A stretch of 64,000 nucleotides of DNA from Vulcanimicrobiales bacterium (GCA_038231455.1 JBBRLI010000003.1:32001-96000); one strand, 5' to 3'; shown: positions 20,241 through 30,997, counted from the stretch's first letter. Program-made: numbers and translations. The notes: generated by a model from the sequence alone, not told the origin.

Positions 20241-21184
20241 AGCGGTGTCTCGAGCCGATCTCCACCGAGCGCGGCAACGATGTTGCGCGCGGCGAGCAGT
20301 GACATCCGCTCGCGTGTTTCGTGCGTCGCGCTACCGATGTGCGGTGTGATAATGCAGTTCTCGAGTGCCAGAAGCGGGTGACCCGGGGGGATCGGTTCGG
20401 GATCGGTCACATCGAGCGCAGCGCCCGCGATCGTGCCGTTCTGGAGTGCCGCGAGCAGTGCGTCGGTATCGACGATGCCGCCGCGCGCTCCGTTGATGAA
20501 GTACGCCGTCGGCTTCATGTGCGCGAATGCGTTTGCGTTGAATTTCTTGCGGGTCTCGGCGGTGAGCGGGACGAGGACGATCACACAGTCAGCGCTTGCG
20601 AGCAAGTCCTCGAAGGTCATGTACCAGGCCCCGATGAGCGCATCATCGCTCCGTGGCTTGCGGTTGTGATAGGCGACGTGCATGCGGCTGGCTTTCGCGC
20701 GCCGCGCCACCGCAAGTCCAATCGCTCCGAGGCCGACGATTCCAAGTCGCATTTCTTCAAGGTCGGTGCCGTACGGGATCGCGGGGATGCTCGTCCACTT
20801 GCCGTCTTTGATCCACTGCGCTCCGACGACGATCCGGCGCATGAGCGCAAGCGTCAGCCCCCACACCAAATCCGCCGTCGCTTCGACGAGGACGCCCGGC
20901 GTGTTGGTGACGGGAATGCCGCACAAGCGCGCGGCCGCAAGATCGATATTATCCGTGCCGACCGACGCCGATGCGATGATTTTTAGGCGCGGTGCGTGCG
21001 CGATCAGTTCGGCATCCACGGGCACGTTCGAGGCGCAGTAGAGCGCATCGGCATCTTCGAGTGTCTCGAGCAGCACGTCGCGCGGTTCGTCGGCATTGCA
21101 GAGCACGACGTCCGCCACGGTCTCGATCAGCGACCTCGCTGCGGGATAGATGCCGGCCGCGACGACGACTTTTGCACGTTTCAC
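20237..21184 (-). CDS. D-2-hydroxyacid dehydrogenase (glyoxylate/D-glycerate reductase type)
   Basis: GIVGLGAIG, INGARGGIVD, LDVTDPEP, TPHIGSAT. Confidence 0.9.
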   Translation of the reverse strand: MKRAKVVVAAGIYPAARSLIETVADVVLCNADEPRDVLLETLEDADALYCASNVPVDAELIAHAPRLKIIASASVGTDNIDLAAARLCGIPVTNTPGVLVEATADLVWGLTLALMRRIVVGAQWIKDGKWTSIPAIPYGTDLEEMRLGIVGLGAIGLAVARRAKASRMHVAYHNRKPRSDDALIGAWYMTFEDLLASADCVIVLVPLTAETRKKFNANAFAHMKPTAYFINGARGGIVDTDALLAALQNGTIAGAALDVTDPEPIPPGHPLLALENCIITPHIGSATHETRERMSLLAARNIVAALGGDRLETPL

Positions 21185-21245
21185 TCAAATGCGCTTCGCG
21201 TATGCCAGCGATGGACCCGTCATCCCCTCCGCGAACCCGATCGCG

Positions 21246-21794
21246 ATGACCTTAACGGACGAACTCGCGCGCTACCGTGGCGCGGATGAACGCGAGCGGG
21301 CAATGGCCGCGGAAGTGGCGGCGTTCCTGGACGAACACGACGATGCGTTCGAGCGCTCTCTGCTGCTCGGACACATCACGGCTTCGGCGTGGATCGTCGA
21401 TCGTGAACGCACGCATGCCTTACTTACCCATCATCGCAAGCTCGGGCGCTGGCTTCAACTCGGCGGGCACGTTGACGGCGAGCGTGACGTCCGTGCGGCG
21501 GCGCTGCGCGAGGCGCAAGAAGAATCGGGGCTCGCGGAGATCGTCGCGCTGGAAGAAGCGATCTACGATGTGGACGTGCACGTCATACCGGCGCGCGGCG
21601 CGGAACCCCGGCACAAGCATTACGATATCCGCTTCGCCTTTGAAGCCGATCGCAGAGCGCCACTCGTTGTGAGCGACGAATCGCACGCGCTAGCGTGGGT
21701 CGCGCTCGACGAACTCGACCGCTACGACACCGACGAGTCGGTCATGCGACTCGCGCGCAAGACCGCCCGTTTAGCGCGGAGCGGCGGCGCGTAA
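21246..21794 (+). CDS. NUDIX hydrolase
   Basis: GHITASA, Nudix box GGHVDG...ALREAQEESG. Confidence 0.9.
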   Translation: MTLTDELARYRGADERERAMAAEVAAFLDEHDDAFERSLLLGHITASAWIVDRERTHALLTHHRKLGRWLQLGGHVDGERDVRAAALREAQEESGLAEIVALEEAIYDVDVHVIPARGAEPRHKHYDIRFAFEADRRAPLVVSDESHALAWVALDELDRYDTDESVMRLARKTARLARSGGA

Positions 21795-22682
21795 GAGACG
21801 ATCGCGCACGGCGTGCGTGCGCGGCCCAAGGGGCGGCAACGTCGCAACGATGATGTCGACACCGCTTGCGTCGAGGTCGCGTAAACGCGCGTAGAGTTCG
21901 CGTCCCGCGGCGCCCGGGTCGTCGGGTAACTCCAGCAGCGCGACGCGTGCGCCGTCGGCGACATACCGCGCCGCCACATCGCGTCGCTCGGGCTCTTCGA
22001 CGAGTTCGACGCGGGCGCGTGGGGCGTAGTGCGAGGCGAGCATCCCCGGCGCACGTACAGCGCTCAAAGGATTGCGCTCGCCGATCGCGTGGCCGATGAG
22101 GTGCGCGATATCTTCGGCGGTGATCGCCCCGGTTCGCAGGATGACGGGGTCACCGGAGGTGAGGTCGACGATCGTGGACTCGAGGCCGAACTCCGCCTGC
22201 CCCCCGTCGACGATCGCATCGACTTCATCGCCGAGATCGGCGCGGACGTGCGCGGCCGTCGTTGGACTCACCGCGCCAAACCGATTGGCCGATGGTGCGA
22301 CGAGTCCGCCGCCGAATTCGCTTAGAATCGCATGCGCGAGCGGGTGTGCGGGTACGCGGATCGCGACGGTGTCTTGGCCGCCGGTGATCCGATCGCTCAC
22401 GCGTGACGAACGCTGCAGAACCATCGTGAGCGGACCCGGCCAAAAGCGTTCGGCGAGGACATGTGCGATCGGCGGGGCCATTTGCGTCCACTGCGCGATT
22501 TCCAGCGCGTCGGCGAGATGTACGATTAGGGGATGATCGGCAGGGCGATGTTTGATCGCAAATACTCGCGCGATTGCCGCGTCGTTTTCCGCATCGGCCG
22601 CAAGGCCGTAGACGGTTTCGGTCGGCAGTACGATAACGCCGCCCGCACGCAGGATGCGGACGGCATCGTCGATTTGGTTCAC
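21771..22682 (-). CDS. sua5: L-threonylcarbamoyladenylate synthase (Sua5/TsaC)
   Basis: GTG start overlapping serS stop; PTETVYGL, FWPGPLT, APSAN, APGMLASHYAP. Confidence 0.95.
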   Translation of the reverse strand: MNQIDDAVRILRAGGVIVLPTETVYGLAADAENDAAIARVFAIKHRPADHPLIVHLADALEIAQWTQMAPPIAHVLAERFWPGPLTMVLQRSSRVSDRITGGQDTVAIRVPAHPLAHAILSEFGGGLVAPSANRFGAVSPTTAAHVRADLGDEVDAIVDGGQAEFGLESTIVDLTSGDPVILRTGAITAEDIAHLIGHAIGERNPLSAVRAPGMLASHYAPRARVELVEEPERRDVAARYVADGARVALLELPDDPGAAGRELYARLRDLDASGVDIIVATLPPLGPRTHAVRDRLLRAAAPR

Positions 22683-23959
22683 ATCGCGCTTCCGTCTGCA
22701 GCGATGCGCGCGAATCCGGCAAACGGCACGAGCGCGGCGGGCAAGGTCACGCTGCCGTCGGCTTGTTGGCCGTTTTCGAGCAGCGCGAGTAGCGTGCGCC
22801 CGACGGCAAGTCCCGAACCGTTGAGCGAGTGCGCAAATTCGGGTTTTGCCGTCGCTTCGCGTCGGAAGCGGATCTCCGAGCGACGCGTTTGGAAATCGGT
22901 GCAGTTCGAACACGAACTGATTTCGCGATACGACGCACTCGATGGCACCCACACTTCAAGGTCGTACGTTTTTGCCGCGTTGAAACCGACGTCGGCCGAA
23001 CACAGGAGCAACTGGCGGTACGGCAACTCGAGTTCTTCGAGCAGCGCGGCCGCATCGCCGATGAGCGTCTCGAGATTGGCGAACGACTCTTCGGGGCGCG
23101 CGATCCAGACGAGTTCGACTTTTTCGAATTGGTGTTGGCGAATGAGGCCGCGCGTGTCTTTGCCCGCGGCTCCCGCTTCTTTACGGAAGCAGGCGGAATA
23201 CGCGGTGTACTGCGCGGGTAGCCGATCGTTTGCGAGGATTTCGTTCTTGTGATACGCGGTGAGCGGCACTTCGGCGGTGGGGATCATGAACGTATCCCCG
23301 TCCGCGAACATTGCGTCGGCAAATTTTGAGAGCTGACCGGTCGACCACATCGTCTCACGCGTTACCAAATACGGAACGGCTAGTTCGAAGTAGCCGCGCT
23401 TCGCGGCGCGATCCAAGAAAAACGAAACGATTGCCCGCGAGAGACGCGCGCCCGCGCCGCGCAGTACGGCAAACCGGCTGCCCGAAAGTTTGGCCGCGCG
23501 TTCGAAATCGATGATCCCGAGCGACTCCCCGATTTCCCAGTGAGGTTTGGGCGTGAAGTCAAACGTTCGCGGTGTGCCCCAGCTACGAACGGTTACGTTG
23601 TCTTCTTCGCCTTTGCCCTCAGGGACCGCGTCATCCAAGATATTCGGCACATCCGTGATGAGCTTGTTGATCGCTTCATCGAAGCCGGGCAAGGATTCCG
23701 AGTCACGCGCGATGCGTGCATCGACTTCGGCGATCTGTGGTTTGAGGCGCGCGGCCTCGGCGGCGCGGTCAGTCGCGATCTTAATCGCGCCGGTGAGCGC
23801 GTTCTTTTCGGCCTTGAGCGCCTCGACCTCGGTGAGGGTTTTGCGTTTGAGCGCGTCAAGCTCGAGCACCCGGTCGACGAAGCTGGGATCTTGACCGCGG
23901 CGCTGAGCGGAGCGGCGAACGCGATCGGGGTCGCGCCGGAGAAGAGCGATATCGAGCAT
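22679..23959 (-). CDS. serS: Serine--tRNA ligase
   Basis: IPTAEVPL, FRKEAG, RQHQFEKVE, EISSCSN, LNGSGLAVGR. Confidence 0.98.
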   Translation of the reverse strand: MLDIALLRRDPDRVRRSAQRRGQDPSFVDRVLELDALKRKTLTEVEALKAEKNALTGAIKIATDRAAEAARLKPQIAEVDARIARDSESLPGFDEAINKLITDVPNILDDAVPEGKGEEDNVTVRSWGTPRTFDFTPKPHWEIGESLGIIDFERAAKLSGSRFAVLRGAGARLSRAIVSFFLDRAAKRGYFELAVPYLVTRETMWSTGQLSKFADAMFADGDTFMIPTAEVPLTAYHKNEILANDRLPAQYTAYSACFRKEAGAAGKDTRGLIRQHQFEKVELVWIARPEESFANLETLIGDAAALLEELELPYRQLLLCSADVGFNAAKTYDLEVWVPSSASYREISSCSNCTDFQTRRSEIRFRREATAKPEFAHSLNGSGLAVGRTLLALLENGQQADGSVTLPAALVPFAGFARIAADGSAM

Positions 23960-24028
23960 CGAAGCGTGGGCGACCTTTAAGAAAGAAGAAGAAAGAAGGG
24001 CGTCTTGCGGGGCGAACGAGCCGCCGTT

Positions 24029-25291
24029 ATGCGGAATTCGCAGGCGCTCCTACCGGGTGCGGCATTCGAGCCTGAGCGCCTCCTCGCACCGACGCAGGCG
24101 GTTCACGTTTTTCGTGCCGCGGTCGCAATTGCGCTTCCGTCGATCGAAACGGTCTCGTTGAACGATTCCGCGGGACGCATTCTTGCACGCGATATTGTTG
24201 CTGATGCAGCCTACCCGACGCACGCGCGCTCGACGATGGATGGTTTCGCCCTCGCGAGCAGCGACGGCGCGACTGCGCGCCGGGTCGCGGGCGAAATTCG
24301 CATGGGCGCGCGGCCGCCGCACGCGCTCGGTGCCGGCGAGGCGATGCGCATTCCGACCGGCGGCGCGCTTCCCGAAGGTGCCGATGCGGTCGTTCCGTTT
24401 GAAGACGCCGACGTGATCGTCGCTCCGGGCGACCCGGCCGAAACCCTCGTTTTACGCGAAGCCCTCGCTGCCGGCGAAAACGTGACGCAAGCCGGCAGCG
24501 ACATGGCACGTGGCGCGTGCGTTCTTGCGCTTGGACGACGGATCGGCGGTCCGGAACTCGGTGTACTCGCGACGCTCGGCGTCACCGCGATCCCCGTCTA
24601 TCGTCGCCCACGAATCGCAATCGTGTCGACCGGCGATGAACTCATCGAACCGAGCGGTTCGCTTGAGATCGGGCAAGTGCGCGACTCCAACCGGTATGCC
24701 ATCGCGGGCTCGCTCATCGCACTGGGCGCGATTCCGGTTCACGTCCCGCGCGCCCCCGATACGCTCGACGGTTTGCTCGACGTCCTGCGGGCCGCACTCG
24801 CGGACGCCGACGCCGTATTGCTGACCGGCGGTTCGTCGGTCGGCGCACGCGATCTGACCCCCGACGCAATCGAAGCGCTCCGCGGAACGGTTCACGTGCA
24901 CGGTATTCGCGTAAAGCCAGGAAAACCGACGGTGTTCGCATCGATCGATGGAAAGCCGGTGATCGGACTGCCGGGCAATCCGACCTCGGCGCTCATGATT
25001 CTCGAAGCGGTGATCGCACCGATCGTTAGCGCTCTCGTCGGCGAAGTCGCGCCGCGTACGGACGGCGTGCGCGCCATCGCGGCCGAAGAATTCCAGGGTC
25101 GCGTGGGTTGGACGTGGTACGTCCCGGCCGAACTCCGGGCGGGTCGTGCGTTTCCGCTGCCGCTGCGCAGCGCGCATACGAGTTTACTTGCACGTGCGAG
25201 CGGCTACGTGATTCTCGGTGAGGACACGGCGCGGATCGCAGCCGGAACGGCGCTCGAAGTCGTCCGCTTTTCATCTGGAGGACGTACGTGA
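24029..25291 (+). CDS. moeA: Molybdopterin molybdotransferase
   Basis: STMDGFA, IPTGG, STGDEL, TGGSSVG, KPGKP, LPGNP. Confidence 0.95.
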   Translation: MRNSQALLPGAAFEPERLLAPTQAVHVFRAAVAIALPSIETVSLNDSAGRILARDIVADAAYPTHARSTMDGFALASSDGATARRVAGEIRMGARPPHALGAGEAMRIPTGGALPEGADAVVPFEDADVIVAPGDPAETLVLREALAAGENVTQAGSDMARGACVLALGRRIGGPELGVLATLGVTAIPVYRRPRIAIVSTGDELIEPSGSLEIGQVRDSNRYAIAGSLIALGAIPVHVPRAPDTLDGLLDVLRAALADADAVLLTGGSSVGARDLTPDAIEALRGTVHVHGIRVKPGKPTVFASIDGKPVIGLPGNPTSALMILEAVIAPIVSALVGEVAPRTDGVRAIAAEEFQGRVGWTWYVPAELRAGRAFPLPLRSAHTSLLARASGYVILGEDTARIAAGTALEVVRFSSGGRT

Positions 25292-25857
25292 AACGCTTGT
25301 TCCCGCTTCTGATTCTCGCGCTCTGCACGGCGTGCAGTTCGACGACCACAACAGACGAGGTCAAACGTCAGATCGATAGCGCCGCATCGAGCGCACCGGC
25401 TGCGGCATTCAAGGACGGCTTGATCGCAGCAGCCATCAAAACCAAACTCGCCTCGGATGATATCGATTCTGCGACGCGGGTCCATGTCGCGGTGAAGGCC
25501 GGCCACGTGCGCATCTCCGGCGTCACGCGCAATCCCGAGCAAGTCGAGGTTGCAACGCGCGATGCAAAAGGCATCGCCGGCGTCCTATCCGTTGAAAACG
25601 TCATGACGATCGATACCAAACTTGCGAAGACGACCGACGAGGCCTCGGATTTCGGCCTGGCAGCCAAACTCACAGCAGAACTGGCAGCCCAAACCGGCGT
25701 GAACGCGGCGGGGATCAAGATTTCCGCCCACGCCGGGGTGGTCACGCTCAGCGGCCACGCGCCGAGCGCCGCCATCAAGGCGACCATGCTTGAGACCGCT
25801 CGCAACGACCACGCCGTACGCAGCCTGGTCGATAAGATCGCGGTTGTAGGATCGTAA
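25288..25857 (+). CDS. Dual-BON domain lipoprotein
   Basis: Lipobox-like LCTAC; two BON repeats. Confidence 0.85.
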   Translation: MKRLFPLLILALCTACSSTTTTDEVKRQIDSAASSAPAAAFKDGLIAAAIKTKLASDDIDSATRVHVAVKAGHVRISGVTRNPEQVEVATRDAKGIAGVLSVENVMTIDTKLAKTTDEASDFGLAAKLTAELAAQTGVNAAGIKISAHAGVVTLSGHAPSAAIKATMLETARNDHAVRSLVDKIAVVGS

Positions 25858-26969
25858 TGATCCCCCGCCCCACCCCGCAAGTCGAGGCCGTCCCGGCGTC
25901 GACCCCCTTCGTCGCCCCCGAAGCCCTGGCTCGTCGCGTCGGGCGCGCCTCGCTCGTGCGCTTGGGCGCAAACGAAAGCGCCTTCGGCCCCTCGCCGAAG
26001 GCCATCGCCGCGATGCAAGCGGCGCTGGGCCGGACGAGCTGGTATGGCGATCCGGAGTCGCGCGAACTGCGCGAGGCACTTGCGTTACGCCACGGCTGCG
26101 CCTTCGAGAACATCGTTGTCGGGTCGGGGATCGACGATCTCCTAGGCCTTGTCGTGCGCAGCTATCTTGCGCCCGGCGCGACGGCGCTTGCGACGCGTGG
26201 GACCTACCCGACCTTCACGTACCATGTCGTCGGTTACGGTGGCGAGATTGCGACCCTCGATGCGCGGGCCGATGGGTCGGTCGATATCGACGGGATGATC
26301 GCCAGCGCGACGACCATCGCACCGGCGCTCGTCTACCTTGCCAATCCCGACAACCCCAGCGGCACGATGGCTGGGGCTGCGGATATCGAGCGGCTGCGAG
26401 CTGCACTGCCCACCGGGACGTTGTTGATCCTTGATGAGGCGTACGTCGATTTCATCGGTACTGCACGGGTCCTGGGAGATGCGATCGTCGAAAATATGAT
26501 TCGCATGCGCACGTTTTCGAAAGCTTACGGGCTAGCCGGTGCGCGCATCGCGTATGCGATCGCGGCGCCCGGGATCATCGCGACGTTCGAAAAAATCCGC
26601 CTGCACTTTGGCGTGAACCGGACCGCGCAAATCGGTGCGCTTGCCGCACTGAACGATACCGCCTATACCGCGTATGTTGCCGGAGAAGTCGCGCGTGGCC
26701 GCGACGAATACGTGGCGCTTGGGAAAACACTGGGAATTGCGACGCTCGCATCGTTTACGAATTTCGTCTGCTTTCGGCTCGAATCGCGCGCCCAGGCAGA
26801 AGCCATGGTCGCCGCACTCTTGGAACGCGGAATTTTCGTGCGTAAACCCGGGGCCGCGCCGATCGAGGACTGTATCCGTGTGACGATCGGCACGCCGGGC
26901 GAGCGCGCGGCCTTCGCCGACGCCTTTGCCGAGGCGCTCGCCGCCCTGCGCGAGAAGGCGACCCGGTGA
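25857..26969 (+). CDS. hisC: Histidinol-phosphate aminotransferase-like PLP enzyme
   Basis: LGANE, NPDNPSG, LDEAY, RTFSKAYGLAGAR. Confidence 0.7.
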   Translation: MIPRPTPQVEAVPASTPFVAPEALARRVGRASLVRLGANESAFGPSPKAIAAMQAALGRTSWYGDPESRELREALALRHGCAFENIVVGSGIDDLLGLVVRSYLAPGATALATRGTYPTFTYHVVGYGGEIATLDARADGSVDIDGMIASATTIAPALVYLANPDNPSGTMAGAADIERLRAALPTGTLLILDEAYVDFIGTARVLGDAIVENMIRMRTFSKAYGLAGARIAYAIAAPGIIATFEKIRLHFGVNRTAQIGALAALNDTAYTAYVAGEVARGRDEYVALGKTLGIATLASFTNFVCFRLESRAQAEAMVAALLERGIFVRKPGAAPIEDCIRVTIGTPGERAAFADAFAEALAALREKATR

Positions 26970-27694
26970 GGTATGCCATCCTCTCCGATATTCACAGCAA
27001 TCTCGAAGCGCTGAACGTTGCGCTCTCGTTCATCGCGCCCGGCGACGGCGTGCTGTGCCTTGGTGATATCATCGGTTACGGTCCGAATCCCAACGAGTGT
27101 ATCGAACTCTTGCGCACGCGTGCGACGGCGACCGTGCTCGGCAACCACGACCTCGCGGCGATCGAAGATTTTGGATTGTCGTTTTTCAATCCGGCTGCGC
27201 GAGCGGCGTTGATCTGGACGCAAGGGATGCTCACAGCCGGGAATCGCGATTGGCTCGATACGCTCGGCTACGAATTCCGGCATGGCGAATTTCTTCTCGT
27301 GCACGGCGCACCCGGTCCGAATTACTTCGAATATATCATGGATGAAGAGGTCGCCGCGCGCGCCTTTGCCGCAACCGACGCGCGCTTGATCTTTATCGGT
27401 CACACGCATATCGCCGAGTATTACGCGCTCGATGAATCGGGTACGGTGCGCCGCAAAGGCCTTCAGCAAGGCGGCGAATTCCAGCTCGACGAAAACACAC
27501 GCTATATCGTCAACGTGGGAAGCGTCGGACAGCCGCGCGACCTCAATCCCAATGCGTCGTTTGCGTTTTACGAACCCGACGCGCGGAAGATCACCATCCA
27601 GCGCTTCGCATATCCGATCGCGCAGGTGCAAGAAAAGATCGTGTCCGCTCACTTGCCCGACGCCCTCGCGCGTCGGCTCGTTCTCGGCCGGTAA
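26966..27694 (+). CDS. Calcineurin-like metallophosphoesterase
   Basis: SDIHSN, LGDIIGYG, GNHD, GHTH, NVGSVGQPRD. Confidence 0.9.
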   Translation: MRYAILSDIHSNLEALNVALSFIAPGDGVLCLGDIIGYGPNPNECIELLRTRATATVLGNHDLAAIEDFGLSFFNPAARAALIWTQGMLTAGNRDWLDTLGYEFRHGEFLLVHGAPGPNYFEYIMDEEVAARAFAATDARLIFIGHTHIAEYYALDESGTVRRKGLQQGGEFQLDENTRYIVNVGSVGQPRDLNPNASFAFYEPDARKITIQRFAYPIAQVQEKIVSAHLPDALARRLVLGR

Positions 27695-27712
27695 CCCGAA
27701 GGAGTCTGCCTC

Positions 27713-28666
27713 GTGCCCCAGCGTTTTTTGCGTCTACTCGCCTTTGCGGTCGCGCTTGTCCCGACGTTTGCTGTAGCGGCGCCGGCCGCCGTCCCCGCCC
27801 TTCCCATCGTGCGCAATGACTACGCCAATGCGAAATTCAGCGCGGCGCTCGCGGCCGGACTCAAGGCGTTCTACACCAAGCAGTTCGGTCAAGCGGTCGA
27901 TAGCTTCAACGACGCACTTGCGATCGTACCGGACAACACGCTTGCGATCTCGTTTCTCAACGCCGCCGCCGCGCAGAATGGGACGCTCGAGTCGCTGATT
28001 GCAAATGAAGAAGACACGCTTGGCAAAAATTCCAAGAGCTATCTTCCACACGCGCGTCTCGGTTTCTCGTATCTTTTTTCGAGCCAGCTCGGACACAATC
28101 GCGATGTTGACGCGCGTGAAGAACTCAACGCAGCAGTCGCGATCGATGCGAAGAATCCCGCGGCGCACGTCGGCCTGGGTGTGATGCGCTTCAACGAACG
28201 CAGCACCAATCGCGCGAAAACCGAGTTTCTTGCCGCGCTCGATGCGGATAAGAACAACGTGCTCGCGCGCGAGTATCTCGGCCAAATCTATCAGCTCGAT
28301 CTGAAAGATCCGCAGCGGGGCCTGGCTTATGTGATCGACGTGCCGAACGTCGTACCGGGCTACGCCGACATCGATTTCCACATCGGCTCGCTGCTCTACG
28401 ATCTCGATCAAAAATCGCAAGCCATCAAGTGGCTCCAGCAAGCAATCGATATCGACATCGGTCACGTTGGCGAGGCCGGTCAACACGGATTTACCTTGCT
28501 CGCGCAAGCGTATCTCGACGAACACAAAGTCGCCGAAGCACGCAAAGTGTTGCACGAAGCGATCATCTCGAATTCCGACGCGCCGTACGCCCAAACGATC
28601 CTTGCCAAGATCGACCGTGGCGTCTACGACGAACCCAAACCCAAGGACACCAAAAAGAAGCCGTGA
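27713..28666 (+). CDS. Secreted TPR protein
   Basis: Signal peptide followed by TPR-like repeats. Confidence 0.8.
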   Translation: MPQRFLRLLAFAVALVPTFAVAAPAAVPALPIVRNDYANAKFSAALAAGLKAFYTKQFGQAVDSFNDALAIVPDNTLAISFLNAAAAQNGTLESLIANEEDTLGKNSKSYLPHARLGFSYLFSSQLGHNRDVDAREELNAAVAIDAKNPAAHVGLGVMRFNERSTNRAKTEFLAALDADKNNVLAREYLGQIYQLDLKDPQRGLAYVIDVPNVVPGYADIDFHIGSLLYDLDQKSQAIKWLQQAIDIDIGHVGEAGQHGFTLLAQAYLDEHKVAEARKVLHEAIISNSDAPYAQTILAKIDRGVYDEPKPKDTKKKP

Positions 28667-29073
28667 GCGACCAAGACCCCGTTGATGACGGGCACTGCTT
28701 TGCCTGCGGCCAGCTCAACGAAGACGGACTGAAGATGCGCTTCGAGCAGCAGCGCGACGGATCGGTCATCTCACACGTTCGCGTCTCCGCAAAATTTCAA
28801 GGTTGGCGCGGAATCGCGCACGGCGGGATCGTCATGACGTTGCTCGATGAAGGGATGGCACACGCCGCCATCGCGCAGGGCGTGCGGGGCGTCACGGCCT
28901 CCATGACGACGCGATTCCGCGCGCCGCTCGTGCTCGATACCGACCTCGAAGTGCACGGTCGCGTGAAGTGGACGCGCCGCAATGTGCTCGCTTGCGAATC
29001 GGACGTGTACGATGCCGATGGCAACGTCATCGCAAGTGCCGAGGGCAGCTTTATCTCGCGCGGAAGCACCTAG
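28663..29073 (+). CDS. PaaI family thioesterase
   Basis: GTG start; CFACG and GIAHGG...LLDE motifs. Confidence 0.85.
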   Translation: MSDQDPVDDGHCFACGQLNEDGLKMRFEQQRDGSVISHVRVSAKFQGWRGIAHGGIVMTLLDEGMAHAAIAQGVRGVTASMTTRFRAPLVLDTDLEVHGRVKWTRRNVLACESDVYDADGNVIASAEGSFISRGST

Positions 29074-29573
29074 TGGCCAAGTCCAAGATCGCGCGTAAAG
29101 CCGAGCAGAAAGAGAACGACAAGAACAGCGCCGAGCCGACCTCCGATAATCGTCGCGCGCGGTTCGAATACGAGATCCTCGATTCGCTCGAAGTCGGCAT
29201 CGTGCTCACGGGTACGGAAATTAAAAGCGTGCGCGCGGGCGGCGTGAGTTTGAACGAGGCCTACGCGCGCGTCAAAGACGATGAAGTTTGGCTCGTCAAT
29301 ATGCACGTCGCGCCGTATAAAGAAGGCAGTTTCTCCAATCACGAGCCGCGCCGGTCGCGCAAACTCCTACTCCACAAAGCGCAAATTGCCGACCTGAAAT
29401 CGCGCTCGGCAGAAAAAGGTCTGACGCTCGTACCTCTGCGGATGTACTTTACGCGCGGCATGGTCAAAATACAAATCGGCCTTGCGCGCGGAAAGAAAAT
29501 TTGGGATAAGCGCAAGACGATCGCCGAGCGCGAAAACAAGCGCGAACTCCAGCGCGCGACGCGCGAGAACTAG
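29073..29573 (+). CDS. smpB: SsrA-binding protein
   Basis: NRRARFEY, GIVLTGTEIKSVR, RKLLLHK, RGKK. Confidence 0.97.
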   Translation: MAKSKIARKAEQKENDKNSAEPTSDNRRARFEYEILDSLEVGIVLTGTEIKSVRAGGVSLNEAYARVKDDEVWLVNMHVAPYKEGSFSNHEPRRSRKLLLHKAQIADLKSRSAEKGLTLVPLRMYFTRGMVKIQIGLARGKKIWDKRKTIAERENKRELQRATREN

Positions 29574-29577
29574 CGGG

Positions 29578-30450
29578 ATGCGCGGCGCGCGACCCGGAGC
29601 GGCACTCGACGTCGAAATCGCGCGCGTCCTGGATCTTCCGCGCGGCAGCGGCGTGGTCGTTGCGTGCAGCGGCGGCCCGGATTCGGTGGCACTCGCGGCG
29701 CTGCTCGCGCGTTGGGCTCCAACGCGTGAGGTCGCGCTCACCATCGCACACGTGAATCACGGCCTGCGCGCATCGGCCTGGCAAGACGAATGCGTCGTGC
29801 TTTCTGCGGGGGCGCGGCTTGGTCTTCCGGTCCGCATCGCAGCGCTCGAACCGCACGGCGATGATGAAGCATCGCTGCGCGATGCGCGTTACGCAGCGCT
29901 CGCTCGTTGTGCGCGCGATGCCCGGGCCGTCGCCATCGCAACGGCGCACACCGCCGAAGATCAAACGGAAACCGTGCTGCTCGCGCTCTTCCGCGGCACG
30001 GGACTCGATGGACTCGCAGGAATTCCACCCCAGCGTCCGCTCGAACCCGGCATCACGCTCGTCCGCCCGCTGCTGCGTATCCCGCGCGCGGAGCTGATCG
30101 CGGAGGTGCGCCGCGCCGCGCTTCCGGTTGCGTACGATCCGACGAACGCCGAACAGCGGTACCGTCGCAACGCCGTCCGCGCCGCGCTCGGCGAGCTACG
30201 CGCCAGCTTTCCGGGGCTCGACCGGGCCGTCGCGCGCTGCGCGGAGATCGTGCGAGACGACCTCGACGACGCGCCGATCGCCCGCCGCCGCCGCGCCCTG
30301 CGGACGGTTTTGGCCGAACGTCGGCAAGACATCCCTTTCGAGCGTATCGAAGCGCTCTTGCGAGCTCGTCCGTCGGCCCGCGTATTTCTCAAAGCGGGAT
30401 TCGACGCCGTAGCCGGAGAGCTAGATGTTGACGCACGACCCGACGATTGA
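29578..30450 (+). CDS. tilS: tRNA(Ile)-lysidine synthase (short form without the C-terminal domains)
   Basis: SGGPDS, HVNHGLR, TAHTAEDQTET, RPLL, DPTN, RNAVR; precedes hpt-ftsH. Confidence 0.93.
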   Translation: MRGARPGAALDVEIARVLDLPRGSGVVVACSGGPDSVALAALLARWAPTREVALTIAHVNHGLRASAWQDECVVLSAGARLGLPVRIAALEPHGDDEASLRDARYAALARCARDARAVAIATAHTAEDQTETVLLALFRGTGLDGLAGIPPQRPLEPGITLVRPLLRIPRAELIAEVRRAALPVAYDPTNAEQRYRRNAVRAALGELRASFPGLDRAVARCAEIVRDDLDDAPIARRRRALRTVLAERRQDIPFERIEALLRARPSARVFLKAGFDAVAGELDVDARPDD

Positions 30451-30997
30451 AGCCGTTCTCTTCTCCGCAGAAGAGATCGCCGCAGCGATCGAGTCCATGG
30501 CCGCAGAGGTTGCGCGCGATTATCGTGACGAGCCGGTGGTGCTGGTGGGTGTGCTCAAAGGCGCCCTCTTTGTGACGGCGGACCTGGCGCGGGCGCTCGC
30601 TCGCAGGCCGGATGGACCGAGCGAGATCCACCTGGACTTCATCACCGTCTCGAGCTACGGCAACGCGAATCGTTCCAGCGGCGAAGTGCGTTTATTAAAA
30701 GACACCGCTCAGAGTCTGGAAGACCGAAACGTGGTCATCGTCGAGGACATCATCGACAACGGCCTCACGCTCGATTACCTCCAGCACCTGCTCGGCGGTC
30801 GCCGGCCCCGCTCGCTTCGAACGTGCGTGCTGCTCGACAAGCCGTACCGCCGGTCGATCGAGGTCGCCGTGGACTATCGTGGGATGCTCTGTCCGGACGA
30901 ATTCATCGTAGGGTACGGTTTGGACTACCAAGAACGCTATCGGACTCTGCCCTACCTCGCCAAGCTCCGCGCGGACGCGTTTCCGACCGATTCCTAA
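30425..30997 (+). CDS. hpt: Hypoxanthine phosphoribosyltransferase
   Basis: GVLKGA, VEDIIDNGLTL, FIVGYGLDY. Confidence 0.95.
   Translation: MLTHDPTIEAVLFSAEEIAAAIESMAAEVARDYRDEPVVLVGVLKGALFVTADLARALARRPDGPSEIHLDFITVSSYGNANRSSGEVRLLKDTAQSLEDRNVVIVEDIIDNGLTLDYLQHLLGGRRPRSLRTCVLLDKPYRRSIEVAVDYRGMLCPDEFIVGYGLDYQERYRTLPYLAKLRADAFPTDS

Noticed and set aside
9106-21794. Genomic island integrated at tRNA-Ser
   Set aside because: No integrase, no duplicated tRNA 3' end noticed and no evident compositional shift
23960-24028. T-box leader for serS; GAA-rich tract at 23981-23998
   Set aside because: The gap is about 70 nt, too short for a T-box, and has no T-box motif; the tract is probably just a low-structure initiation region
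29073-29578. tmRNA gene next to smpB
   Set aside because: Flanking genes abut smpB, leaving no room, and no tmRNA ends were seen
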